NCBI GenBank assembly: GCA_963845535.1
Contig: CAWJSK010000019.1
Span: forward strand, 460,280 to 524,279
DNA from: an uncultured Spirochaetota bacterium
GTDB taxonomy: Bacteria > Spirochaetota > Spirochaetia > SZUA-6 > Fen-1364
Reading direction: 5' to 3'
Length of the DNA: 64,000 nt
The position numbers and the translations under genes were made by a program. Below the pieces are notes generated by a model. That model had not been told where the DNA came from and did not search any database. It was given only the letters and a program-made list of their open reading frames with translations. Shown here one piece after another: positions 40,836-50,051 of the stretch. Positions within the stretch are counted from its first letter, which is position 1. Each line of letters begins with the position of its first letter.

Positions 40836-41588
40836 ATGGCCGTTCGCTGGGCAATGATGGTCCAGAGCTTGTCCCGCGTCACTGAAGCTGAAGGAGCAGG
40901 TTTTGATTGCGTGCAACCGACGGTGGGCTTCATCCTGGACCTCCAAAAGCGGAGGATCAAGAACCCCGGCGTGCCTTTTGAGGTAAGCCCGGTGCCTCTT
41001 CCCGCGGACGTCCGCGTGACCGAGAGAGGGTTCAACCTCTACGCATGGATGGAAGATCTGAAAAAATCCCTGCAGGGCCTTTCGGACCTTGGCTGCAAAA
41101 AGCTCGCCTGGAGTGAGGGCAGGGCGCGTCTCCTTCCTCTCGAAGGAGATCGGTCAGGAGCCAAGGAACAGGCCATGCAGTTTTTGTACATGCTGTGCGA
41201 TGCAGCCGCCGAGAAGGGAATGACGGTGCTGATTGAACCTCTTGGGCCGCGACGCACAAATTTCCTGAATACGCTGGATGAAATCAGGGATTTTCTTCCG
41301 CGGGTCGGAAAGGAAAACCTGTCAGCCATGATCAGTCTCCGTGAGCTGGAGGCAACGGGGCTTACCCTGGCATCTCTCCCCGCGTACAAAGATCTCATAG
41401 CGCACGTCCAGATGGAGAACCCTTTGTCTCCTCAAGGCGCGCGGACCTGCCCACGAGCCTCGGATGGATACGACTATCGCTCTTTCCTTGGAGCGCTCGA
41501 AACAATCGGCTACTCCGGCGTCATTACACTTCCGGAAGATTCAGATATCTTGGGATTATCTTATTGCAAGGAAATGTGGAAAACGTAG
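40836..41588 (+). CDS. Xylose-isomerase-like TIM-barrel (sugar epimerase/isomerase family), degenerate metal site
   Basis: LIEPLGPRRTNFLNT, HVQMEN, LETIGYSG. Confidence 0.7.
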   Translation: MAVRWAMMVQSLSRVTEAEGAGFDCVQPTVGFILDLQKRRIKNPGVPFEVSPVPLPADVRVTERGFNLYAWMEDLKKSLQGLSDLGCKKLAWSEGRARLLPLEGDRSGAKEQAMQFLYMLCDAAAEKGMTVLIEPLGPRRTNFLNTLDEIRDFLPRVGKENLSAMISLRELEATGLTLASLPAYKDLIAHVQMENPLSPQGARTCPRASDGYDYRSFLGALETIGYSGVITLPEDSDILGLSYCKEMWKT

Positions 41589-41639
41589 GCTTGAAAGGGG
41601 CGAAGATCAGAGCCTGTGCTCCCCATGTAGCACAAAGGC

Positions 41640-42647
41640 CTACCGGATTCGCCGGCAGGAAGAGCGAATCTTCAGCTCGGGCTTCAACACGATCTTGCGA
41701 GGGCTCGGAATGCCTGAGAGGCGGTTCAAGATGGTGTCGGTAGTCGCGGCCGCCAATCCATCAAGAGGCTGCCTCACGGTGGTGAGGGCGGGGACGGAGT
41801 AGGAGGCATACTTTGTGTCGTCGTAGCCGCTTATTGAGATGTCCTCCGGAATGAGAACGTTGTTCTCGTAAGCGGCCCGGATTGCGCCGAAAGCCATCTG
41901 GTCGTTGGAAAAGAAGATGGCCGTTATGCCGGTCTTACGGCGATGCAGCGTGCAGAAAGCGTCGTAGCCACTCTCGATAGACCAGTCGCCTCGGTAGACT
42001 ATGCTCCTGTCAAAGGGGATGTCCATCACCTTCAGCTCGTTGCGATAGGTGTCAAAACGGTCCTGGGCGTTGATCTCGGCCATATTTCCGGAGACGAAGC
42101 CTATCCGCCTGTGGCCGAGCGCAAAAAGGTGTCTCAGGATCAGCGTGGTTCCGAGCACGTTGTCAGTATCCACGTAGTCGCAATCCACGGTATCACTCCT
42201 GCCGTGGAGAATCACAAAAGGAAGCCCCTCTCTGTTCAATCGCTCCACCTCGGGGTCACCAGTCGGGGGCGCGACCAGAATGAGTCCGTCGACCTTCCGC
42301 TCTTTTATCAGGCGGGTAGGGTCACGGTAGTCATCTCCCGTCTTCGTCATTCCGAGGAAAAGGTGGTAGCCGCGGTGGCTTAGCTGATCCTCGAGCTCAA
42401 CGGACAGCTCGACGTAAAAAGATCTCGAGAAGACGTATTCCTTGCGGGGGAAGATCAGTCCGATGTTGTTCGTCTTGCGGGCGTTCAGCGCTCGCGCAGA
42501 AGCGTCAGGGTAATAGCCGAGATCACGAATTGCCTTCAGCACGCGCTCGCGGGTTTCTTTCTTCACTCTGGGATGGTTGTTCACGACCCTCGAGACAGTC
42601 ATGAATGAGACTTTGGCGCGCACCGCTACGTCCTGCTGGGAAGGCAT
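41640..42647 (-). CDS. LacI-family regulator
   Basis: DVA..AKVSFMTVSRV, GHRRIG, NDQMAFG, GYDD, LTTVRQP. Confidence 0.95.
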   Translation of the reverse strand: MPSQQDVAVRAKVSFMTVSRVVNNHPRVKKETRERVLKAIRDLGYYPDASARALNARKTNNIGLIFPRKEYVFSRSFYVELSVELEDQLSHRGYHLFLGMTKTGDDYRDPTRLIKERKVDGLILVAPPTGDPEVERLNREGLPFVILHGRSDTVDCDYVDTDNVLGTTLILRHLFALGHRRIGFVSGNMAEINAQDRFDTYRNELKVMDIPFDRSIVYRGDWSIESGYDAFCTLHRRKTGITAIFFSNDQMAFGAIRAAYENNVLIPEDISISGYDDTKYASYSVPALTTVRQPLDGLAAATTDTILNRLSGIPSPRKIVLKPELKIRSSCRRIR

Positions 42648-42719
42648 CAGGCTGTTTCCTCCAGAACATGATTATACCCAAAGCGACAGGGACTTGGGAG
42701 ATGCCCTCGAATGACACCT

Positions 42720-42799
42720 ATGTCTGCGCAAATAGGCTGACAATATTGACAGATGCACGTTCCTATGGAATAGTCACAATGTGTGCGCAAACATTGTGA
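42720..42799 (+). promoter_or_regulatory. LacI-type operators and -35 box upstream of the GH4 gene
   Basis: Palindrome TCACAATGT-GTGCGCAA-ACATTGTGA 42774-42799; weaker copy TGTCTGCGCAAATA 42721-42734; TTGACA 42746. Confidence 0.75.
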
Positions 42800-42833
42800 T
42801 CTTAAGGCGTCAGAAGCAAGGAGTAGCAGAGAC

Positions 42834-44219
42834 ATGTCGACAAAAATCGTTCTCACAGGCGCCGGAAGCGCTATGTTCGGCCTTGGCTCTCTCGGCAACA
42901 TCCTCCGAAGCAAAGTGCTCGAGGGGTGCACGGTCGTTCTCCATGACATTGACGGTGCGGCACTGCAGAAGGTGGAGCGGGTTGCGCGCCGGTTCATGCA
43001 GGAACGGAAACTCTCACACACCCTCGTCGTGACGACCTCGCGTGAGGAGGCGCTGCAGAACGCGCAGTTCTGCATCATCGCAATCGAAGTGGGGAACCGG
43101 TACGAGCTGTGGGAGCAGGATTGGCACATCCCCCAGCAATACGGCATTCGTCAGGTCTACGGCGAAAACGGCGGGCCGGGCGGCCTCTTCCACTCTCTGC
43201 GCATCATCCCGCCAATTCTGGAGATCTGCGGTGATATTGCTCGCATTTGTCCGAATGCATGGGTTTTCAATCTGAGCAATCCAATGACGCGGATTGTCCT
43301 GGCCATCACCCGAAAGTATCCTCAGTTGAAGACACTTGGCCTCTGCCACGAGGTCGTATCCCTGATGGAGCACCTGCCGAAAATCCTCGACACGCCGTGG
43401 TCGAATCTCGATGTCAAAGCGGGAGGCATGAATCATTTCAGTGTTCTGCTGGAGGCGCGCTACAGGGACACGGGTGAGGACGCCTACCCGAAGATTCGTG
43501 AGAGAGCGGGCGCCTACTTCGAGTCACTTCCGGAAGGGTCCTACGAAAACCTGGGGGCAACCAAGGAGATGCTCAGCGCAGCCCGGTCACAAACGGGGGC
43601 GGGCGCGCACGGCGCCGGGCGCTCTCCAGGGCGCCGTTCGATCTGGCCCGAGCGGGAGCTTTTCAAAGTGATTTTGGAGAAGTTCGGACTTTTCCCGATC
43701 ACCACTGACAGTCATTTCGGCGAATATGTCCCGTGGGCGCATTCGGTGGTGGATCACAAAGGAATCCTCGATTTCTATTCCTTCTACCGGAAGTGGTGTC
43801 TTGAGCAGGTTCCCGAGTCGCGCATCAACGGCACGCGCGAAATCGAGTATTGGCGCGATATACCGATCATTGAGGGAATCCTTTCGGACTCGGGTCAGGA
43901 GGAGCTTGCGGTCAATGTTTCGAACATCGGTCTTATCGACAATCTGCCCAGGCAGACCGTTGTGGAGGTGCCGGCGACAGTCGACGCGAAGGGCGTACAT
44001 GGCAGATCACTCGGTACGTTGCCTCGCGGGTTTGCCGGCCTGCTCAACAACCAGGTTGCGGTGGACGATTTGACCGTCGAGGCTGTTCTCGAAGGTTCGC
44101 GAGAGCTTGCATTGCAGGCATTGCTTGTGGATCCGGTCGTGGACAGCGTGGCCGCGGCGGAGCGGACCCTGGATGCAATCCTCTCACTGCAAGCAGGCTT
44201 TCTTTCCTACATCCATTGA
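42834..44219 (+). CDS. GH4 NAD+/Mn2+-dependent glycosidase (PalH-like alpha-glucosidase)
   Basis: GAGSAMFG, QVYGENGGPGGLFHSLR, NLSNPM, GLCHEV, GMNH, DSHFGEY. Confidence 0.9.
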   Translation: MSTKIVLTGAGSAMFGLGSLGNILRSKVLEGCTVVLHDIDGAALQKVERVARRFMQERKLSHTLVVTTSREEALQNAQFCIIAIEVGNRYELWEQDWHIPQQYGIRQVYGENGGPGGLFHSLRIIPPILEICGDIARICPNAWVFNLSNPMTRIVLAITRKYPQLKTLGLCHEVVSLMEHLPKILDTPWSNLDVKAGGMNHFSVLLEARYRDTGEDAYPKIRERAGAYFESLPEGSYENLGATKEMLSAARSQTGAGAHGAGRSPGRRSIWPERELFKVILEKFGLFPITTDSHFGEYVPWAHSVVDHKGILDFYSFYRKWCLEQVPESRINGTREIEYWRDIPIIEGILSDSGQEELAVNVSNIGLIDNLPRQTVVEVPATVDAKGVHGRSLGTLPRGFAGLLNNQVAVDDLTVEAVLEGSRELALQALLVDPVVDSVAAAERTLDAILSLQAGFLSYIH

Positions 44220-44232
44220 CGGAGGCGCACTT

Positions 44233-45405
44233 GTGGAGCGAACCTGGATCATCACTGACGCCTGCTCTTCGTTTTCCGCATCAGACTTCGCGATACCAGG
44301 ACGGGAGTTGGGACTCGACTCCAATGCGTATTGCCGAAAGAGGACGCTGAACGGCGGACGGCAAGCCGGCGTCGAGCTCATCGAGGTCTCAAACGGAATC
44401 GTGAGCCTGCGTGTTTGCCCGACCCGCGGCATGGGGATCATCGACGGCAGCTTCCTGTCCCATTTCCTCGGGTGGCATTCGCCAGTGAGTGAAATTGTCC
44501 ATCCGCAGTATGTCAATCTCTACGATCTTGGCGGACGGGGCAGCCACTATGGATTCAATGAATTCTTGAACCGTTGCGGAATCGAATGGTCCGGCGCGAT
44601 GGGGGACGACGAGGTTGTCGACAACATGGGGAACCGCCGAAGTGTTTTTCTGCCGCTTCACGGAAAGGTAGGTTGGACACCGGCCTCTCGCGTCGTGCTC
44701 CATTCCGCGGCGGATTCCCTGGTTCTCGAGGGAGACATTCCCGAGCAGAACGTTTTCGGGGTCAACTATGTTCTTCGAACGCGACTTACTCTGCGGCACG
44801 GCTCGTCGAGCATCGAAATCAATGACTCTCTCTGCAACCTCGGTGCAGTGCCTGGCGAATACGAGATGCTCTATCACACCAATTTCGGTCCTCCCTTTCT
44901 CGAGGAAGGGGCACGGTTTTTCGGCACGTACAATCGCGTGATCCCCCGTGACGACTTTGCCGCGGCCGGTCTTGACGACATGCTGCGGTTTGCCGGGCCA
45001 ACGGCCGGATTTGCGGAGCAGGTCTTTCTCTTCCGCGCGGCCGGCGACTCATCGGGACGCGCTCATCAGGTCCTGTGCAACGCCGCGGAAAGCCTTGCGG
45101 CCCACGTGAGCTTTTCCATAGACACTCTGCCCTATGCAATCCTCTGGAAACGCACGGCAGCGGTTGAAGACGGCTACGTCGCGGGGCTCAACCCGTGCTC
45201 GGATCTTCCCAACCGACGCTTTGTCGAACGGAAAGAGCGTCGCGTGGGCACACTCGGCGCGCATGATGAGATTGCATTTCACCACACCATTGAGCTTGTC
45301 GAGGGGAAGAGCGCGGTAGGAAAGATGGTCGACTTCGTCAGATCCAACGAGGTGCCGGCTGAGGTGGGATCAACGGGCGACTTCAGGCATCTCGGAGGCG
45401 CTTGA
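44233..45405 (+). CDS. Aldose-1-epimerase-like protein (DUF4432/YeiT-like)
   Basis: L.GG.Q.GV, PTRGMG, LGWHSPV..VHP, RCG.EW.G, LHG, MLYHTNFGPPFL. Confidence 0.8.
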   Translation: MERTWIITDACSSFSASDFAIPGRELGLDSNAYCRKRTLNGGRQAGVELIEVSNGIVSLRVCPTRGMGIIDGSFLSHFLGWHSPVSEIVHPQYVNLYDLGGRGSHYGFNEFLNRCGIEWSGAMGDDEVVDNMGNRRSVFLPLHGKVGWTPASRVVLHSAADSLVLEGDIPEQNVFGVNYVLRTRLTLRHGSSSIEINDSLCNLGAVPGEYEMLYHTNFGPPFLEEGARFFGTYNRVIPRDDFAAAGLDDMLRFAGPTAGFAEQVFLFRAAGDSSGRAHQVLCNAAESLAAHVSFSIDTLPYAILWKRTAAVEDGYVAGLNPCSDLPNRRFVERKERRVGTLGAHDEIAFHHTIELVEGKSAVGKMVDFVRSNEVPAEVGSTGDFRHLGGA

Positions 45406-46544
45406 TGCTGAGCCAATCCGGGTGCATGCATCGGAGGGAGCGCCTTTGGGGCCAGTTGCCGAAAGAAGTCGAATGGGCGCTCATTGCCGACCCGCGGCAT
45501 GTCAACTATCTCTGCGGGTTCTGGGTCAACCCCTTGACCAATTCCGCCGGTGAACGTGGATTGCTGTTCCTGGAGCGCGGCGGCGAATCGATACTCATGT
45601 GTGACGACTTCGCCTTCGCATCAGCAGTTGGTGAACCACATGTTGACCGAAAGATCATCGAGCAGTGGTATGGCCGCGGGCATGAGGTCGCAAACCGCGA
45701 TCACGCCCTTTTCCACGCCCTCAAGCGATTCAGCGCGACACATGATGCCCGCCCTGGCATGGTTGAAACGGAATGGCTTCCCGTTGCCGCACTTGACGTG
45801 CTTGGTCCGCTTCATCGCCTGGATCAATCCACCGGAATCTCGCTGGGTTCAATTCTTCGACGGCTTCGCCGCAGGAAATATCCCGACGAAATCGAGCTGC
45901 TCAATCGTTGCTTTCGAGCGGGCGAAGCGGGACACCAGCGCGCAAAGGACGTAGTGGCCCCCGGCGTGAGTGAGACCGAGATATACCGGGAGGTTCAGTC
46001 CGCTGTAATCGCCCGACTGGGGACGCCGGGACTCGTCTACGGGGATTTCCGTGCCGCCACCCCGACGGATCCCGGGGCAGGTGGACTGCCTACCCCGTAT
46101 GTAGTGCGAAAGGGTGACACTTTCATCCTCGACTTCTCAGTTGTGCTCGCCGGCTACCGCAGCGACTTCACCAATTCGATAGCAGTCGGCGCGGCCGGCA
46201 GCGGGCAGCGAAAACTGATGGAGGTCTGTAAGGCGGCAATGGCCGAAGGAGAACGGGCGCTGAAACCGGGCGTGACGGGAGCGGAAGTCCATGGGGCCGT
46301 CAACGCTCCGCTTGCCGCTGCCGGATGGCCTCTTCCTTTCCACGCCGGTCACGGCCTTGGTCTCGGCCACCCCGAGGCGCCGGCATTCATTCCAGAAAGC
46401 GACGAAGTGCTGGAAACGGATGAAGTAGTAACGCTTGAGCCTGGAGCCTACGTGAAAGGCATTGGCGGCGTGCGGATTGAACACAACTACCTCATCACCC
46501 GCGACGGCTGCCAACGTTTGACGAAGCATGCGATCGAGCTCTAA
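45405..46544 (+). CDS. M24 family hydrolase
   Basis: RRRKYPDE, ILDFS..YRSDFT, HAGHGLG, LEPG, RIEHN. Confidence 0.88.
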   Translation: MLSQSGCMHRRERLWGQLPKEVEWALIADPRHVNYLCGFWVNPLTNSAGERGLLFLERGGESILMCDDFAFASAVGEPHVDRKIIEQWYGRGHEVANRDHALFHALKRFSATHDARPGMVETEWLPVAALDVLGPLHRLDQSTGISLGSILRRLRRRKYPDEIELLNRCFRAGEAGHQRAKDVVAPGVSETEIYREVQSAVIARLGTPGLVYGDFRAATPTDPGAGGLPTPYVVRKGDTFILDFSVVLAGYRSDFTNSIAVGAAGSGQRKLMEVCKAAMAEGERALKPGVTGAEVHGAVNAPLAAAGWPLPFHAGHGLGLGHPEAPAFIPESDEVLETDEVVTLEPGAYVKGIGGVRIEHNYLITRDGCQRLTKHAIEL

Positions 46545-46640
46545 AGGGTGACGCGCGAGCTGACTCTGGCCGCTCTTCAAGGAAAACCATCGAGGTGCAC
46601 TGTTTGTCGTGATGTGATAGATTTGGCCAGGCGGTCTCCC

Positions 46641-47231
46641 GTGAAAAAAAAGAAAGGACCGACAAAAAGACAGAAGCAGGCGGCGGCAACCCGAAAACGC
46701 ATCTATGAGACAGCGATGCGCCTCATGCGGGCGAACGGCATAGCGGACGTTACCATTGCTGACATCGCCGAGACGGCAGGCGTGTCCGTTGGAGCCTTCT
46801 ATCATTACTTCGAATCCAAGGACGCCATTTTCTTTGAGACATACGGTATCGCGGACGACTTTTTCCTTGAGGAGGTGATTCACAGTCTCACCGGAAAATC
46901 GGTCAGAGACCGCATCGTGCAGTACTTCGATTACTATGCAAAGTTCAACATGGATCAGGGACTTGCCCATATCCAGTTGCTCTACAACTCGAAGAACAAG
47001 CACTTCATCGATACGAGTCGATTCATGATCTCGGCATTTCGCGCCCTCGTGCATGAAGCAATTGTGAAAGGTGAGATCATCGTCGACTGGTCTGCAGACG
47101 AGATCACCGACTATTTTTTCATTGCTGCGCGTGGCATCGTATACGATTGGTGCCTTCACGACGCGTCATTCGAGTTGCCGGCGAAAATGCACCGTTTCAT
47201 CGAACATCTGGCATTCTCCATCACCAAATGA
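46641..47231 (+). CDS. TetR/AcrR regulator
   Basis: TIADIAETAGVSVGAFYHYFESK; RGIVYDWC. Confidence 0.92.
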   Translation: MKKKKGPTKRQKQAAATRKRIYETAMRLMRANGIADVTIADIAETAGVSVGAFYHYFESKDAIFFETYGIADDFFLEEVIHSLTGKSVRDRIVQYFDYYAKFNMDQGLAHIQLLYNSKNKHFIDTSRFMISAFRALVHEAIVKGEIIVDWSADEITDYFFIAARGIVYDWCLHDASFELPAKMHRFIEHLAFSITK

Positions 47232-47271
47232 GCTGCGCCATTCTTCATTGGACTTTTTCAGGAAATCGTGA

Positions 47272-47293
47272 TTAACTGAATTGCTTCGGTGAA
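47272..47293. promoter_or_regulatory. Probable TetR operator 1
   Basis: TTAACTGAAT-TG-CTTCGGTGAA, imperfect palindrome, near-copy at 48677. Confidence 0.6.
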
Positions 47294-47335
47294 TATGTTC
47301 TAACCACTTCGCTCCGACGTTCGAGGGGGAGAACC

Positions 47336-48580
47336 ATGAACGACGCTCGCAAGCGGGAATTTGAAGAGAGAAAAAGACGCCTGTGCGACGTCATCGCCGT
47401 GAGACAGCCCGACCGGATTCCGATTTCGCCGAAAATGGGTACCTACTATTGCCGGGCATACGGCGTTTCGGTTTACGAGGTGATGAAGGACGTGCGCAAT
47501 ATCGAGCCAGCCATCGTCCAGTTCATCAACGATTTCCAACCTGACTACGTTCGGTTGCCCGTACTGTATCCAATCGATCCTCTGGAACTGCTCGAACCCA
47601 CGTTTATCAAATGGCCCGGCCCGACCTGCCAGCTTCCGTTGAACGGCTCGTTTCAAGTTCTCGACGGGACGTACCTTTCGGAGGACGAGTTCGATGATTT
47701 CATTTTCGACCCCACGCACTTCATTCTCACCCGGATCCTGCCCAGAAAGAACAAGGCTCTCAAAGGGTTTGAGAAGCTCTATTTCAGGAATCCCATCGAA
47801 CAGTCGTTCCTGATCGATCTGGCCACGCTGGCCCAGCCCGACGTCAAAGATTCCCTCCTGGCTGCCATCCGCGCCGGCGAGCTTACCAGCCGATGGCTCC
47901 AAGGATTGAGCCAGATCAGCGCGACTGTGGTGGACATGGGTTTTCCGCTGGGGCCCACGATGTCCCAGAGCTGTCCCTTCGACATGTTCGCGGACAACTT
48001 CCGCGGGCTTGTCACGACCGTCGTGGACATCAAAGAACGCCCGGACAAACTTGAAGCCGTGCTCGATGTCATGACTCGGATCTGCGTCGAACGAACCATA
48101 CGCGGCGCGAAAGCGCGAAATGTGGAGTTCATCCTGATTCCGTTGCACGCGGGCAGCGACGAGTTCATGAGCCGCTCGGACTATGAGAGGTTCTACTGGA
48201 AAGGTCTCAAAGAGATGATGACAGCGATCATCACGGAAGGGATGACCCCATTCGTTTTCTGCGAAGGGAAATACAACACCCGGCTGGATATCATCAGCGA
48301 CGTTCCCAAGGGCAAGGTGGTGTACCTGTTCGAAAGCGTCGACATGGTCCGGGCCAAAAAGACCGTGGGCCAGGTGGCATGCCTGTGCGGCAACCTTGCT
48401 GCCGCAACTCTGGTCGGCGGCACCCGCCAGCAGACGATCGACGAATGCAAGTGGCTCATCGACAATTGCGCAGAGGGCGGAGGCTTCATCATGGATTGCT
48501 CTGTCGTTCTCGACAACGCAAAGCGAGAGAACCTGGAAGCCATGTTCGAAACGACGCTCACCTACGGCAGCTACTCGTGA
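47336..48580 (+). CDS. Uroporphyrinogen-decarboxylase-fold protein (corrinoid O-demethylase methyltransferase-like)
   Basis: PDRIP, PFD..ADNFRG, PLHAGSDEFMS..YERFYW, FCEG, LCGN, GGGFI. Confidence 0.8.
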   Translation: MNDARKREFEERKRRLCDVIAVRQPDRIPISPKMGTYYCRAYGVSVYEVMKDVRNIEPAIVQFINDFQPDYVRLPVLYPIDPLELLEPTFIKWPGPTCQLPLNGSFQVLDGTYLSEDEFDDFIFDPTHFILTRILPRKNKALKGFEKLYFRNPIEQSFLIDLATLAQPDVKDSLLAAIRAGELTSRWLQGLSQISATVVDMGFPLGPTMSQSCPFDMFADNFRGLVTTVVDIKERPDKLEAVLDVMTRICVERTIRGAKARNVEFILIPLHAGSDEFMSRSDYERFYWKGLKEMMTAIITEGMTPFVFCEGKYNTRLDIISDVPKGKVVYLFESVDMVRAKKTVGQVACLCGNLAAATLVGGTRQQTIDECKWLIDNCAEGGGFIMDCSVVLDNAKRENLEAMFETTLTYGSYS

Positions 48581-48639
48581 GCAGTCGTGTCGCAAAACAT
48601 TGACCTCTTTATCGCTTGAAAAGATCGCTTAAAAAAAAC

Positions 48640-48698
48640 TTGACAAGTCGTCCAACTACTCTTATTATCGAACAAATTCACTGAATACATTCGGCGAA
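48640..48698 (+). promoter_or_regulatory. Sigma70 promoter and probable TetR operator 2
   Basis: TTGACA(48640)-17-TATTAT(48663); TTCACTGAAT-AC-ATTCGGCGAA 48677-48698. Confidence 0.75.
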
Positions 48699-48781
48699 CA
48701 TATTTTCTTCCGGTAATGGATCAAGCCCGCCTCCGAGGTACGTCGGAGCGGAGACCGTCAGGTAAGGGAGGAGAATAGGTC

Positions 48782-50050
48782 ATGGCAAACAACATGAGTA
48801 ATGACGTACGAGAGCTGCAAACCGTGCGCGTCATCATCCTTTGCGCTCTGGTCATCCTGTTGGAGGGCTTCGATATCCAGGCGGCCGGCGTGTCGGCCCC
48901 GCGACTCGCGCCGTTTTTCCACCTGCAGCCGGCCCAGCTCGGTCTCTTTCTGGGATCGAGCGCCATTGGCATCTTCCTGGCCGCGATTTTGGGCGGGATC
49001 CTGGCCGACCGATTCGGGCGCAAGCCGGTCATCGTCATAGGCGTCAGCCTCTTCGGCCTCTTCTCGCTCTCGACGCTTCTCGCGACGAACCTTGCTACGC
49101 TTATCGTCGCGCGGTTCTTGACGGGCCTGGGATTGGGATCCGCGATGCCTTCAGTCATCGCGCTCGCCAGCGACCATAGCCCCGCCGAGATGAAGAAGAG
49201 GGCGGTCGGATTCATCTATTGCGCCATTCCCATCGGAGGAGCTCTCTCGAGCGTCATCATGTCGATAGGCGCGTTCGGCGCGAGCTGGCGGCCCGTCTAC
49301 ATGGTGGGCGGCCTTGCGCCGATCGTAGTCGCGCCGCTCCTGGCAACCCTCCTGCCCAGGGAGGAGAAGGTCGCCCGCCTGCCGAAAGGAAAGGGGGCGA
49401 GCCACGACGCTCTGGCTGGGCTCTTCGGTGATGGCAAGGCGTCCACCACGCTGTCCCTCTGGCTGGCCACGTTCGGCACCCTGCTGATCATGTACCTGCT
49501 CCTTGGGTGGATGCCTTCGCTCCTCGTGCAAATGGGGCTCACGAGGCAGGACGCCCAATTCGTGCAGATGATATACAACCTCGGATCGGCGATCGGAGCG
49601 GCGCTGGCCGGCTATCTGCTGGACAAGAAGCTCCTCTACACCACGCCGACGACGGCCTACCTCCTCCTTGCGGTGCTGCTCGGCGTCTTCGGTCTTTCTG
49701 CGTTCGACTTCCGCGCCGCTCTTGCGCTGGGCTTCGGCGTCGGCGCGGGCGTGACCACCGCTCAAGCGGTCCTCTATGCTTTCGCCCCTCTCTGCTACAA
49801 GGAATCCATCAGGAACACCGGCGTCGGCGCCACCGTGGCCGCCGGCCGGCTGGGGACCATCGTCGGCCCTCTCCTTGCGGGCACCTTGCTGGGGAGCGGG
49901 AAGTCCGCGGCCCAAGTCCTTCTCGTGTTGATCCCGGTCACCCTGTTCAGCGGCCTTATGTCCGCGCTTGTCGTCCGCATGCTCAGGCGCGACGCCCCTC
50001 GGGTGTCGGGAGTTGCTATTCCCGGGACGCACCCGATAGGAGGTCGATAG
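48782..50050 (+). CDS. MFS aromatic acid:H+ symporter (MhpT-like)
   Basis: LLEGFDIQAAG, LADRFGRK, ARFLTGLGLG, RNTGVG..AAGRLG. Confidence 0.85.
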   Translation: MANNMSNDVRELQTVRVIILCALVILLEGFDIQAAGVSAPRLAPFFHLQPAQLGLFLGSSAIGIFLAAILGGILADRFGRKPVIVIGVSLFGLFSLSTLLATNLATLIVARFLTGLGLGSAMPSVIALASDHSPAEMKKRAVGFIYCAIPIGGALSSVIMSIGAFGASWRPVYMVGGLAPIVVAPLLATLLPREEKVARLPKGKGASHDALAGLFGDGKASTTLSLWLATFGTLLIMYLLLGWMPSLLVQMGLTRQDAQFVQMIYNLGSAIGAALAGYLLDKKLLYTTPTTAYLLLAVLLGVFGLSAFDFRAALALGFGVGAGVTTAQAVLYAFAPLCYKESIRNTGVGATVAAGRLGTIVGPLLAGTLLGSGKSAAQVLLVLIPVTLFSGLMSALVVRMLRRDAPRVSGVAIPGTHPIGGR

Positions 50051-50051
50051 A

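Noticed and set aside
39905..41588. Classical aromatising route (AroQ plus dehydroshikimate dehydratase to protocatechuate) or biosynthetic shikimate operon
   Set aside because: The TIM barrel appears to lack metal ligands, and no dioxygenase or other aro genes are present; disfavoured, not excluded
47336..48580. Haem-pathway hemE
   Set aside because: Lacks the RQAGR motif; longer, with methyltransferase-type motifs; no hem genes nearby
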